Shown piece by piece: positions 36,812 to 45,436 of a stretch of 64,000 nt of DNA. A program made the position numbers and the translations under genes. The first letter of the stretch is position 1. Each line of letters opens with the position of its first letter. The DNA comes from Parcubacteria group bacterium GW2011_GWA2_51_10 (GTDB taxonomy: Bacteria > Patescibacteriota > Minisyncoccia > Phycocordibacterales > UBA2100): NCBI GenBank assembly GCA_001004265.1, contig LCQS01000001.1, forward strand, positions 2,324-66,323, given 5' to 3'. Below the pieces are notes generated by a model. That model saw only the letters and a list, made by a program, of their open reading frames with translations, made no database searches and was not told the DNA's origin.

Positions 36812-36830
36812 TTGGATTTCGTAAATCCAG
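36812..36830. terminator. Weak AT-rich hairpin between convergent leuS and cysS
   Basis: TGGATTT (36813-36819) pairs with AAATCCA (36823-36829). Confidence 0.35.
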
Positions 36831-36837
36831 ATATGCT

Positions 36838-38364
36838 CTAGCGGCAGCGGCAGACGATAGGGCCGGTCGCGGAATCTTCAAGTGTGTAGCCCTCTTGCTC
36901 GAGTTCCGCTCGAATTCTGTCTGCGAGAGTCCAATTTTTATCTGCCCTCGCACTCTCGCGGGATAGCACTTTGTCGTGTATTTCCGGCGGCAGTGCATCG
37001 AGCGCTACACTTTCGCCAAATTCCTTGGCGATTAGGGCATCCGCTTTCGAATCGTCAAGGTTGAGCGCCAGGCCGAACACTTTGTCTGCGTCCAATACTG
37101 CTGCGCGCGCATCTTCCACTCGGACAGCGGTGTCCTTCATCATTTCCCAGATGACGGCGAGTGCGCCCGCAGTATCAAGATCATCGTTAAAGCGCTCATG
37201 GTAGCGGAATTTCACAGAGGGAGGAGGCGTGCCGATTTCGGGCGCGCTGCGCACAAAATGGCGAAGCTTGAGGTATGCTGCTTGCGCCGCTTTAAGTGCG
37301 TCCCACGTAAAATTTGCCGGAGTGCGATAGTGCGCTTGCAGAAAAAGGTAGCGCAGTGCGAGCGGGTGGAGTCCTCGCTTGGTTATCTCCGACAAGTACA
37401 CGACGTTGCCCTCGGATTTGGAGATCTTTTTGCCATCTATCTGTATGTGCGCTCGATGCATCCAGAATTTCGAAAGCGGCCTGCGGCCGGTAACTGCCTC
37501 GGATTGTGCGATCTCATTGTTATGGTGAACCGGAATGTGCTCGATCCCTCCCGTGTGTATGTCTATCTGCTGCCCGAGTGTCGCGCGGATCATCGCGGAG
37601 CACTCGATGTGCCAGCCGGGGAATCCGCGTCCCCATGGACTTTCCCATCCCAATTTCTCATCGAGCTTCCATAAAATAAAATCCGACGGACTTCGCTTAT
37701 CTTTCCGCGCGATACGCGCTCCCTCTTTTTGTCCCTCGAGATTTATATTGCCGAGCTTGCCGTAGTTGGGGAAGCGCGCTGTGTCGAAGTACACTCCCGA
37801 CTTCGTGCGATACGCGTATCCTTTCTCCTCGAGTGTCGCTATCATCGCAACATCGAGCGAGATGTAATCGGACGCGCGCGGGAATGCGATCCTGCTTGTG
37901 TCGATATTGAGCGCACGCAAATCATCAATAAAAATCTCTGAATATCGCTCGCCGAGAGTGCGCATGCTCTCTATGGTGAGAGGCAGGCCCTCGCGCTTAA
38001 GACCCTTTGTCATTCGATCCTCGCCCTCGTCGGCATCTCCCGCGTTATCGCCGGCGAGGTGTCCTACATCGGTAAAATTGATGGTCTGCTTTACCTGAAA
38101 ACCGTTATATTCAAGTGTTCTTCGTAACGCATCAGTAAACACAAACATTGAAAGATTCCCGATGTGTTGGACGTCGTACACTGTCGGTCCGCAGTTGTAC
38201 ATGCGAACGGTATGAGCGTGCGGAGGGGGCGAGAATTTCTGCATCTGCCCTCCGAGGGTGTTGTAGAGGTAAAGAGGAAGATTCCGCGCACGCCGCCTCC
38301 TAAATATGTTGAAAAAACTGAATGCCATCATCGTAAGTATGAACGTTCTATTGCGCCCCGACAA
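36838..38364 (-). CDS. cysS: Cysteinyl-tRNA synthetase
   Basis: MYNCGPTVYDVQHIGN (HIGH region), KISKSEGN (KMSKS), WHIECS zinc site. The true start may be internal. Confidence 0.9.
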   Translation of the reverse strand: MSGRNRTFILTMMAFSFFNIFRRRRARNLPLYLYNTLGGQMQKFSPPPHAHTVRMYNCGPTVYDVQHIGNLSMFVFTDALRRTLEYNGFQVKQTINFTDVGHLAGDNAGDADEGEDRMTKGLKREGLPLTIESMRTLGERYSEIFIDDLRALNIDTSRIAFPRASDYISLDVAMIATLEEKGYAYRTKSGVYFDTARFPNYGKLGNINLEGQKEGARIARKDKRSPSDFILWKLDEKLGWESPWGRGFPGWHIECSAMIRATLGQQIDIHTGGIEHIPVHHNNEIAQSEAVTGRRPLSKFWMHRAHIQIDGKKISKSEGNVVYLSEITKRGLHPLALRYLFLQAHYRTPANFTWDALKAAQAAYLKLRHFVRSAPEIGTPPPSVKFRYHERFNDDLDTAGALAVIWEMMKDTAVRVEDARAAVLDADKVFGLALNLDDSKADALIAKEFGESVALDALPPEIHDKVLSRESARADKNWTLADRIRAELEQEGYTLEDSATGPIVCRCR

Positions 38365-38378
38365 GCACTCGACATGTT

Positions 38379-40112
38379 TTGAAGCGTGATACGATAATGA
38401 AGCAAATACCGGTCATGGAACTATTCACGGAACTAAGTTTGCTGATCGCGGTCGCCACCGTGATGGCTGTCGTCATGCGGCTTCTCCGGCAGCCGCTCAT
38501 CATCGGACATATTCTAACCGGTCTCATCGTGGGGCCGCTTCTTCTCGATGTCGTGCGATCTGCCGATACACTCGCGCTCATGAGCGAAATAGGCATTGCG
38601 ATTCTGCTTTTCACTGTCGGATTGAACTTGAATCCGGACATTATACGGAAATTCGGCCGCGTCGCGCTTCTCGCGGGCGTGGGGCAGGTTCTCGCGACAT
38701 CGATCGTCGGCTACTTTATCTCCCTTGCGTTGGGCTTCACTCCTCTCGCATCTTTTTATATTGCCGTCGCGCTTTCGTTCAGCAGCACCATCATCATCAT
38801 GAAGTTGATAACGGACAAGGGCGATCTAGACGTCCTATACGCGAAAATAGCGGTAGGTTTTCTTCTCGTACAGGACTTGATCGCAGTACTTCTCCTCCTG
38901 GGACTGCCACTGTTTGCAACAGGTGAGCTCGAACTTTCGAGCATTATGCGTCTTGCGCTCATGGGGCTATTTCTCGTTTCGTTCGTGATGCTTGCGTCAC
39001 GTTTCTTTATTTCTCGCGCGAGTGCATTCATATCGCAGTCGCAGGAATTTCTATTTTTGTTTGCCATAACGTGGGGTATCGGCATCGCTGCGCTTTTTCA
39101 ATATTTCGGATACTCGCTCGAGAGTGGCGCTCTCATTGCTGGCATCGCGCTTGCATCGCTTCCAGAGCGGCACGAAATTAGCGCGCGTCTCTCGCCGCTG
39201 CGCGACTTTTTCATCGTGATGTTTTTCATATTTCTCGGTTCGCAGATGCAGTTTGCCGATATCACGAATCTTATTCCAGCCGCGGTTATTTTGTCCCTGT
39301 TGATTCTCATTGGGAATCCTATAATTCTCATGGCAATCATGGGTGCTCTCGGATACCGGAAGAAAACAAGCATGCAGACAGGCTTTACGGTCGCGCAGAT
39401 CAGCGAGTTCTCTCTCATCTTGGTCGCGCTCGGAGTTACGCTCGGGCATGTCGAAGGGGCGATACTTTCACTTGTTACACTCGTCGGCCTCATTACGATA
39501 TTCGGCTCGACCTACCTTGTTTTATACTCCGACCGCATCTACAGCATCCTCGCTCCCTATCTCGGAATCTTTGAACGCGGCGGCGCATGGGAGCCGCCGA
39601 CACGTCGCACTTCTCACAGCGTTGTTCTTTTTGGATGCAATCGGATTGGATACGACTTTATTCAATCCCTCAAGAAAATGGGAAAACCATTTCTCGTTAT
39701 CGATTACAATCCCGAAACGATTGATGAGTTGGAGCGGCAGGGAATAGCGACCGAATTTGGCGATGCGGGCGATTTGAATTTTCTCGAGTCTCTCGACCTC
39801 ACACATGTCGAACTCGCTATTTCTACTATCCCGAACAGTGAGATCAATCTTTTAATTCACCGCGCCGTCAAGGCCGCGAATTCTCGTGCAATTGTTATGG
39901 TGGTGGCGCATAGGGTGAGAGACGCACTTTCGCATTACGATGAGGGAGTGGACTACGTGATACTCCCGCATTTTCTCGGCGGGCGCTACGCTGCGGAGGT
40001 CGTCATCGAATATCGTACGGACAAATCGAAGTACGATGCGCTGCGCACTGAGCACATCGAGCATCTGCAATTGCGAGCGGAGCTTGGGCACGAGCATCCG
40101 CGCCGCGCCTAG
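38379..40112 (+). CDS. Kef-type cation:proton antiporter (CPA2) with C-terminal RCK/TrkA-N domain
   Basis: About 12 TM helices, then a Rossmann-like VVLFGCNRIGYDF. An alternative ATG at 38397 gives MKQIPVMEL. Confidence 0.8.
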   Translation: MKRDTIMKQIPVMELFTELSLLIAVATVMAVVMRLLRQPLIIGHILTGLIVGPLLLDVVRSADTLALMSEIGIAILLFTVGLNLNPDIIRKFGRVALLAGVGQVLATSIVGYFISLALGFTPLASFYIAVALSFSSTIIIMKLITDKGDLDVLYAKIAVGFLLVQDLIAVLLLLGLPLFATGELELSSIMRLALMGLFLVSFVMLASRFFISRASAFISQSQEFLFLFAITWGIGIAALFQYFGYSLESGALIAGIALASLPERHEISARLSPLRDFFIVMFFIFLGSQMQFADITNLIPAAVILSLLILIGNPIILMAIMGALGYRKKTSMQTGFTVAQISEFSLILVALGVTLGHVEGAILSLVTLVGLITIFGSTYLVLYSDRIYSILAPYLGIFERGGAWEPPTRRTSHSVVLFGCNRIGYDFIQSLKKMGKPFLVIDYNPETIDELERQGIATEFGDAGDLNFLESLDLTHVELAISTIPNSEINLLIHRAVKAANSRAIVMVVAHRVRDALSHYDEGVDYVILPHFLGGRYAAEVVIEYRTDKSKYDALRTEHIEHLQLRAELGHEHPRRA

Positions 40113-40185
40113 CACAGAAGAATTTGGTTCGGAGCGGCTTTCCAATGAATGAGCCGCATGCGATAATCTTCCGCATATTATATTT

Positions 40186-41466
40186 ATGCACGGCGTATTT
40201 CACGATAGCGGCAGGGAAGTAGCAGGTTCGAAGATGCCTCATGTATGGGCGGGCGTGTTTGTCATACTGATTTTTGGCTTTGGGTATCTCATCGGCGTGC
40301 GTGGTTTTCTTGCGGAGCGCATACCGGCACCAATTGTGTCGGCAATAGCAGCTCCATTGCAACCGCAGGGCGTCGATTTCTCGCCCGTATGGAAAGCATG
40401 GCGCGTTATCGACGAGAAATTCGTTCCAGCGTCAGTTGCCACAACTACGTCGATTGCCACGAGCACGCAGGATGCTAATCAAAAGCGCGTGTGGGGGATG
40501 ATACAGGGCCTCGCAGCCTCGCTTGACGATCCCTACACGTTCTTTCTCCCGCCGGTAGAGAAAAAACTATTCGAGGATGATATGAGCGGCAGCTTCGAAG
40601 GAGTCGGCATGGAAATTGCAGTGCGCGATCAGGTGCTCACCGTCGTTTCGCCCTTAAAAGGAACCCCATCTGAGAGAGCGGGCATCAAAAGCGGAGACAA
40701 AGTTTTAAAAATCGATGGCGAAGATACGCGCGGCATGGATATTACCGAAGCCGTGAAGCGCATTCGCGGTCCGCAGGGCACGGAGGTGACGTTGACGGTA
40801 TTTCGTGATGGGTGGGATGAGCCGCTCGATATCAAAGTGAAGCGCGACGTTATCAATGTTCCGACTTTGACGACGGAAGTGCGGTCGGATGGCATCTTCG
40901 TGCTCACGCTCTCGAGCTTCACTGCGCAATCTCCGGATCTTTTCAGAAACGCACTGCGCGAATTTGTTACGTCGGGGAATACGAAACTCATCATCGATCT
41001 GCGGCGGAACCCCGGTGGGTACCTCGAGGCCGCGGTTGATATGGCGAGTTGGTTTTTGCCAGCCGGAAAAGTTGTCGTAACGGAAGATTATGCAGGACAT
41101 GCGCAAAATGTCGTGCATCGCTCGCGCGGATACGACATCTTCAATGACAACCTAAAGATGGTTGTGCTCGTGGATAAAGGCTCGGCGTCAGCATCAGAAA
41201 TTCTCGCAGAAGCCTTGCGCTATCACGGCAAAGCGACGCTCATCGGCGCGAGCACGTTCGGAAAAGGGTCCGTGCAGGAACTGGTGGAAATTACCCCGGA
41301 AACATCGCTCAAGGTTACGATTGCTCTCTGGCTCGGCCCGAACGGGCAGTCGATTCCGACTTCCGGCATTGTGCCCGATGTGGAAGTGAAATTGACTGAA
41401 GATGACACGGTGGCGGGGAAGGACCCACAGCTTGATAAAGCAATTGAAATAGTTAAGAGTTTATAG
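40186..41466 (+). CDS. ctp: Carboxy-terminal processing protease (S41) with PDZ domain
   Basis: N-terminal TM, PDZ (GIKSGDKVLKIDG), catalytic Ser in GSASASEI, Lys in FGKGSVQ. Confidence 0.85.
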   Translation: MHGVFHDSGREVAGSKMPHVWAGVFVILIFGFGYLIGVRGFLAERIPAPIVSAIAAPLQPQGVDFSPVWKAWRVIDEKFVPASVATTTSIATSTQDANQKRVWGMIQGLAASLDDPYTFFLPPVEKKLFEDDMSGSFEGVGMEIAVRDQVLTVVSPLKGTPSERAGIKSGDKVLKIDGEDTRGMDITEAVKRIRGPQGTEVTLTVFRDGWDEPLDIKVKRDVINVPTLTTEVRSDGIFVLTLSSFTAQSPDLFRNALREFVTSGNTKLIIDLRRNPGGYLEAAVDMASWFLPAGKVVVTEDYAGHAQNVVHRSRGYDIFNDNLKMVVLVDKGSASASEILAEALRYHGKATLIGASTFGKGSVQELVEITPETSLKVTIALWLGPNGQSIPTSGIVPDVEVKLTEDDTVAGKDPQLDKAIEIVKSL

Positions 41467-41528
41467 TTGTTAGTTTTTAGTTTGCACAGTGCGACTTACT
41501 CTAAACTTAAAACTCAAAACTTAAAACT
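41463..41528 (+). repeat. Heptad-phased AGTT / AACT complementary arms bridging the ctp stop and the rplI start
   Basis: AGTT at 41465, 41472 and 41479. AACT at 41504, 41511, 41518 and 41525. ATG at 41529. The arms are about 12/14 complementary. Confidence 0.8.
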
Positions 41529-41972
41529 ATGCAGGTGATTTTGTTGAAGGACGTTGGTGGGGTAGGGCAGAGAAATACCGTCAAGGACATCTCGGATGGA
41601 TATGCAGTGAATTATTTAATTCCGAACGGATTGGCGCAGCAGGCGACCAAGAAGAGTCTCGCCAAACTGGAAACGATGCGGAAGGAAGAACAAGCGCGCA
41701 GTGCGCAAGTGAACGCCGGCTGGCAACGTCTTATAGAAATCCTACGGAAGAGTCCGATCACTGTCGCAGTGCGCGTGAATGACAAGGGGAGTCCATATCA
41801 GCATGTCACCGGCAGCGCGATTGAGAAGGCAATTCAGGACGTGCATGGACTTTCGATCCCGAAGGGTTCTGTCATCTTAGACAAACCGATAACGGCTGCC
41901 GGAGAGCACACCGTAGAAATGCGCCTCGGATCATCTACAGCGCAGATACAAGTAACAATCAAAGCGCTTTAG
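41529..41972 (+). CDS. rplI: 50S ribosomal protein L9
   Basis: MQVILLKDVGGVGQRNTVKDISDGYAVNYLIPNGLA is the canonical L9 N-domain. Confidence 0.92.
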   Translation: MQVILLKDVGGVGQRNTVKDISDGYAVNYLIPNGLAQQATKKSLAKLETMRKEEQARSAQVNAGWQRLIEILRKSPITVAVRVNDKGSPYQHVTGSAIEKAIQDVHGLSIPKGSVILDKPITAAGEHTVEMRLGSSTAQIQVTIKAL

Positions 41973-41977
41973 CCAGG

Positions 41978-42250
41978 TTAGACAACATCAACAATGCTGC
42001 GAGTGTTGGTGCGGCCGTCGAAGTTTGTCTTTCGTTTCGTGCGGAATTGAACGGTCCCGACAGTGAGCGCAAAGAGCGTATGATCGACTCCGACCCCGAT
42101 ATTCTTGCCAGGTAAAACTTTCGTCCCACGTTGGCGAATAATGATCTCGCCGACTTTCACGCTTTCGCCATCCGATTTTTTAATGCCGAGATACTTCGGA
42201 TTTGAATCGCGAAGATTTTTCGCTGTTCCGCCAGCTTTTGTATGTGCCAT
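41978..42250 (-). CDS. rpmA: 50S ribosomal protein L27
   Basis: [24 protein letters not shown]...[21 protein letters not shown]. Confidence 0.93.
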   Translation of the reverse strand: MAHTKAGGTAKNLRDSNPKYLGIKKSDGESVKVGEIIIRQRGTKVLPGKNIGVGVDHTLFALTVGTVQFRTKRKTNFDGRTNTRSIVDVV

Positions 42251-42254
42251 GTGA

Positions 42255-42289
42255 ATAGCCTCTAGCTACGAGCTTCTAGCTTCTAGAAA
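42255..42289. repeat. Heptad-phased CTAG module in the rpmA / 42316-gene divergent spacer
   Basis: ATAG at 42255, CTAG at 42262, CGAG at 42269, CTAG at 42276, CTAG at 42283. Confidence 0.7.
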
Positions 42290-42315
42290 AAGCTAAAATG
42301 TCATATCATTGAAGC

Positions 42316-42678
42316 ATGCGGAATATAGCAGAATTGCCTGGCCAAATCAAGCTTTGGGTGGGAAAAGTGGCGGAAGAGTGGGGGATTGCGATCATTGTGT
42401 TTCTCATTGCGCTTGGCTCGTTCGGGCTTGGACGGCTTTCTGCTATTGAGAGCGTCCGACCGCCTGTTTCGATAACCTCTGCTGCCGCGGCGAGCGCGCC
42501 CTTCTCGATGTCGGCGGGAGGACTCATCGTTGCGTCACGCGCGGGCGAGAAATATTTTTTTCCGTGGTGTTCGGGTGCACAGGCAATAGTCGAGAAGAAT
42601 AAGATATGGTTCCAGAGCGAAGAAGCCGCCCGTAGCGCAGGATATGCGCCGGCAAAAAATTGCAAAGGGCTCAAATGA
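42316..42678 (+). CDS. Membrane-anchored protein with C-terminal Ada-type metal-binding-like (sunset) domain
   Basis: One TM (WGIAIIVFLIALGSFGLG). C-terminus KYFFPWCSGAQAI...IWFQSEEAARSAGYAPAKNC. Confidence 0.4.
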   Translation: MRNIAELPGQIKLWVGKVAEEWGIAIIVFLIALGSFGLGRLSAIESVRPPVSITSAAAASAPFSMSAGGLIVASRAGEKYFFPWCSGAQAIVEKNKIWFQSEEAARSAGYAPAKNCKGLK

Positions 42679-42724
42679 ACAGCTTGTAGCTTCTGGCTAC
42701 CGGTTGTGAGAAGATAGAAACTTA

Positions 42725-42770
42725 GTAGAAAATTTTCACTAGTCCGTAGAAGCTAGTCCCTAGAACCTAT
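42725..42770 (+). repeat. Heptad-phased xTAG module upstream of the exonuclease gene
   Basis: GTAG at 42725, CTAG at 42739, GTAG at 42746, CTAG at 42753, CTAG at 42760, and CTAT at 42767 overlapping the ATG at 42769. Confidence 0.75.
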
Positions 42771-43362
42771 GTTGATCGTCGACGTTGAAGCTTCGGGAAC
42801 TGATCCGCAGAAACATTCCATTGTGAGCGTCGGAGCGCTCGACTTTAGGAATCCTACAAATCGATTTTATGAAGAGTGCCGAATTTGGGACGGCGCTCAC
42901 ATCATGGACGAGGCACTGGCAGTTTGCGGCTTCACGAGAGAGCAAATTACCGATCCTTCTAAAATGAGCGAGGCAGATCTTGTCCACGCTTTTTTGACAT
43001 GGAGTGAGGATTTAGAGGAGCGGACACTGACGGGGCAAAACGTGTCTTTTGACAGAGATTTTTTGCGCCACGCCGCAGAACGGGCGGGGCATACCGATTG
43101 GCCATTCGCATATCGCACCATCGATACGCACTCTCTCTGTTATATGCACATGATACAGCACGGGCTTCAGCCGCCAGTCATGCACAAGCGCTCCGCGCTC
43201 GATCTGGATGCGGTACTGCGCTATTGCGGCATACCGGAGGAGCCCACTCCACACAATGCCCTTACCGGCGCGCTATCGCACGCGGAAGTGGTCGCGAGGC
43301 TTCTTTATGGACGCAAACTCCTCCCGGAATTTATGCAGTACGAAATACCTTGGTCCAGATAG
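42769..43362 (+). CDS. DEDD-family 3'-5' exonuclease (DnaQ/RNase T-like)
   Basis: ExoI VDVEASG, ExoII GQNVSFDRDFL, ExoIII HNALTGALSHAE. The His is present, but the usual Asp five residues later reads Gly. Confidence 0.7.
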   Translation: MLIVDVEASGTDPQKHSIVSVGALDFRNPTNRFYEECRIWDGAHIMDEALAVCGFTREQITDPSKMSEADLVHAFLTWSEDLEERTLTGQNVSFDRDFLRHAAERAGHTDWPFAYRTIDTHSLCYMHMIQHGLQPPVMHKRSALDLDAVLRYCGIPEEPTPHNALTGALSHAEVVARLLYGRKLLPEFMQYEIPWSR

Positions 43363-43430
43363 TTGTGCGTGAGCATGTATATAACTTTCGTAAGGCACCT
43401 TACTACGAACCACGTACTACTAACTAATCC

Positions 43431-43934
43431 ATGCACTACCTTAGGAAGCTCGGAATGTACGTTTCGCTCTTTATTTTGTGGGCGGCGCATGTCGTGCGCT
43501 GGAATTTGGCATACCTGACGGGAAAGAAAGAATGGGCGAGGGGAGTGCGTGTCATACTGGTCAATGACAGAAGTGTCTTGCTCGTCTCGCACTGGTATGC
43601 GCCGTGGACCTGGACGCTGCCCGGCGGCAATATGGAACCTGGCGAAACAATAGAGCAAACAGGAATGCGCGAGACACGCGAAGAGGTCGGTCTGGAAATA
43701 AAATCGATCGCGGGAGTTATCGGCACTTACAGGGGTCCGCTAGGGAAGGGGGATAGTATCTCGGTCGTGTATACCGGCGATTTTGAAGGATCAATGTCGC
43801 TTACCCCTACTCTCGAAATTATGGCGCGCAGCTGGTTTGATATTGATAATCTGCCCCCGGAAATTTCTCCGGCTAATCGCAGGCGCATCGAAGCGTATCG
43901 AGCTGGCGTGAGGGAAGAGGTTGGCAAATGGTAA
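43431..43934 (+). CDS. NUDIX hydrolase with N-terminal hydrophobic segment
   Basis: Nudix box GGNMEPGETIEQTGMRETREEVGL. Confidence 0.8.
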   Translation: MHYLRKLGMYVSLFILWAAHVVRWNLAYLTGKKEWARGVRVILVNDRSVLLVSHWYAPWTWTLPGGNMEPGETIEQTGMRETREEVGLEIKSIAGVIGTYRGPLGKGDSISVVYTGDFEGSMSLTPTLEIMARSWFDIDNLPPEISPANRRRIEAYRAGVREEVGKW

Positions 43935-44004
43935 AGCTGTGTCTTAATACTTATACTTATGCACATTCATGCGTTTTACATATATTGTACGAATGTGTAT
44001 GGAT

Positions 44005-44013
44005 TGTTAGAAT
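44005..44013 (+). promoter_or_regulatory. Extended -10 (TGTTAGAAT) 6 nt upstream of the ATG, a leaderless-type layout
   Basis: TAGAAT at 44008-44013, TG at 44005-44006, ATG at 44020. Confidence 0.45.
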
Positions 44014-44019
44014 ACGCTG

Positions 44020-44938
44020 ATGAAGACGCAGCGCGACACTCTCCCACTTCTCGAGTACATACTTCCGTTCCTCGACTACTGCGAGATTGAAAAAGGGCTA
44101 TCGAACAATACGCAGAAAAATTACCGCCAGTATCTCCTACTCTTCGTTAAGTGGCTTAAGGTAACCCCTATACCTCGCTCGTACCTATAGGACGCCCCGC
44201 GGCGGCTTTTTGGGCAAGAAGTCGCAAAATTACTATCTAATAGCGCTTCGCGCTTTACTTAATTTTTTGGCGGAGCGAGATATTCGGACGCTTCCCTCTT
44301 CTAAAATAAAACTTGCAAAGCAGAGGGGCGATGAGACTATTTCATTTCTCGAGGTGCGTGACATCGAAAAGATGCTGGACGTACCTGATATCAAGACGCC
44401 ATCGGGGTTGCGTGATCGTGCAATTATGGAGCTCCTCTTTTCTTCCGGGATGCGGATCTCGGAGCTCGTCGCACTCAATGCCGACCAGCTGTCGTTTTTG
44501 TCTGATAAGAGCACTTCGCGCACGTACGAGCTCTCAATTGTTGGCAAAGGCAAATACGTGAGAACAATTTTTGTTTCTCCTCGCGCGGCGCGCTGGCTTC
44601 GTGCACACATTGATTCTCGGCGCGATATGGAAAAACCTCTTTTTATCAATCGGCGCACGAAGGATCCTGAATCAAAACGACTTTCGCCACGTTACATCCA
44701 AACGATGATCTCGAAATATGCGATGTTGGCGGGTCTCTCGAAAAAGGTGACGCCGCATACACTACGGCACACGTACGCGACGGACCTATTGGCGCACGGC
44801 GCGGATTTACGCAGCGTACAAGAGCTCTTGGGACACAAAAATGTGGCGACGACGCAGATTTACACGCATGTCACGAATAAACGACTCAGGGATATACACG
44901 AAAAATTCCACGGCGGAAAGGAGCTTAGTGACAAGTGA
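44020..44938 (+). pseudogene. XerC/XerD-type tyrosine recombinase, apparently disrupted (frame change plus short internal deletion in the N-terminal domain)
   Basis: The N-terminal fragment (44020-44190, frame 1: ...LDYCEIEKGLSNNTQKNYRQYLLLFVKWLK...) ends at TAG. The catalytic part continues in frame 2 (from 44165; TTG at 44210) with all active-site residues (R in GMRISEL, HTLRHTYAT, LLGH, Y in TQIYTH). About 20 aa of the expected third helix is missing between WLK and LYLAR. Confidence 0.55.
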
Positions 44939-45042
44939 CCGCCCGTTTTCCACAGCTTCGCATAGACAAGCGCTGGTCTGGCGGTATGGTTGCCGTGGTG
45001 ATGGTTATTTAACCCATGCAAATGGGCGGTAGCCATCACCAT

Positions 45043-45070
45043 GCAAAAACCACCTCCGGGTGGTTTTTGC
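45043..45070. terminator. Bidirectional intrinsic terminator
   Basis: GCAAAAACCACC (45043-45054) pairs perfectly with GGTGGTTTTTGC (45059-45070), with a 4-nt loop and A/T tracts on both sides. Confidence 0.85.
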
Positions 45071-45074
45071 TTTT

Positions 45075-45203
45075 CTAGCGCCTGCCTCTCGATGTGTAGG
45101 GATTCGAGCGGTCGTGCTCTTTAATTTTGACTCGCCTTCCGTTAATTTTTCGCACGTACGCAGGAATGCGGTTAAATGTTTGTCCCTTTTTAGTTTGGGC
45201 CAT
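45075..45203 (-). CDS. 42-aa highly basic peptide (hypothetical)
   Basis: Below the ORF-track cut-off. MAQTKKGQTFNRIPAYVRKINGRRVKIKEHDRSNPYTSRGRR*. It ends 4 nt before the strong terminator. TAGTAT lies 6 nt upstream of the ATG. No SD. Confidence 0.35.
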   Translation of the reverse strand: MAQTKKGQTFNRIPAYVRKINGRRVKIKEHDRSNPYTSRGRR

Positions 45204-45436
45204 GTGTAAATACTAACTCCATCGTAGTGAGATTGTGAATTGCAGCTGTGCATAAACAGGGCCGCCCCGTCTACCATCGCTCCACAGGAGCGAGGTATTT
45301 CGCGGGGCGACGCCGGGCTTGTTTTTTGGAAGGCAAAGCGCCCTCCGGCGCTGCAAATCTGTTAGCCTCTCTACCCCGCAGCCTGCCTGCGCAGGCAGGC
45401 AAGCTGCGGGGTATTCGGCTTCCAATAAGTGAGTTT
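45204..45436. other. Highly structured non-coding spacer (candidate ncRNA or leader), class unknown
   Basis: Nested stems CGCCCCG/CGGGGCG (45263-45309) enclosing TCGCTCC/GGAGCGA (45277-45293), followed by a T6 run (45322-45327). AGCGCC/GGCGCT at 45337-45352. CCCCGCAGC...GCTGCGGGG enclosing the palindrome CTGCCTGCGCAGGCAG at 45374-45411. Confidence 0.3.

Noticed and set aside
43961-44000. dif-like sequence upstream of the xer gene (TTCGTACAATATATGTAAAAC on the minus strand)
   Set aside because: Both half-sites resemble Firmicute dif arms, but they would be separated by about 1 nt rather than the required 6-nt central region. The sequence also overlaps an AT-rich promoter region.
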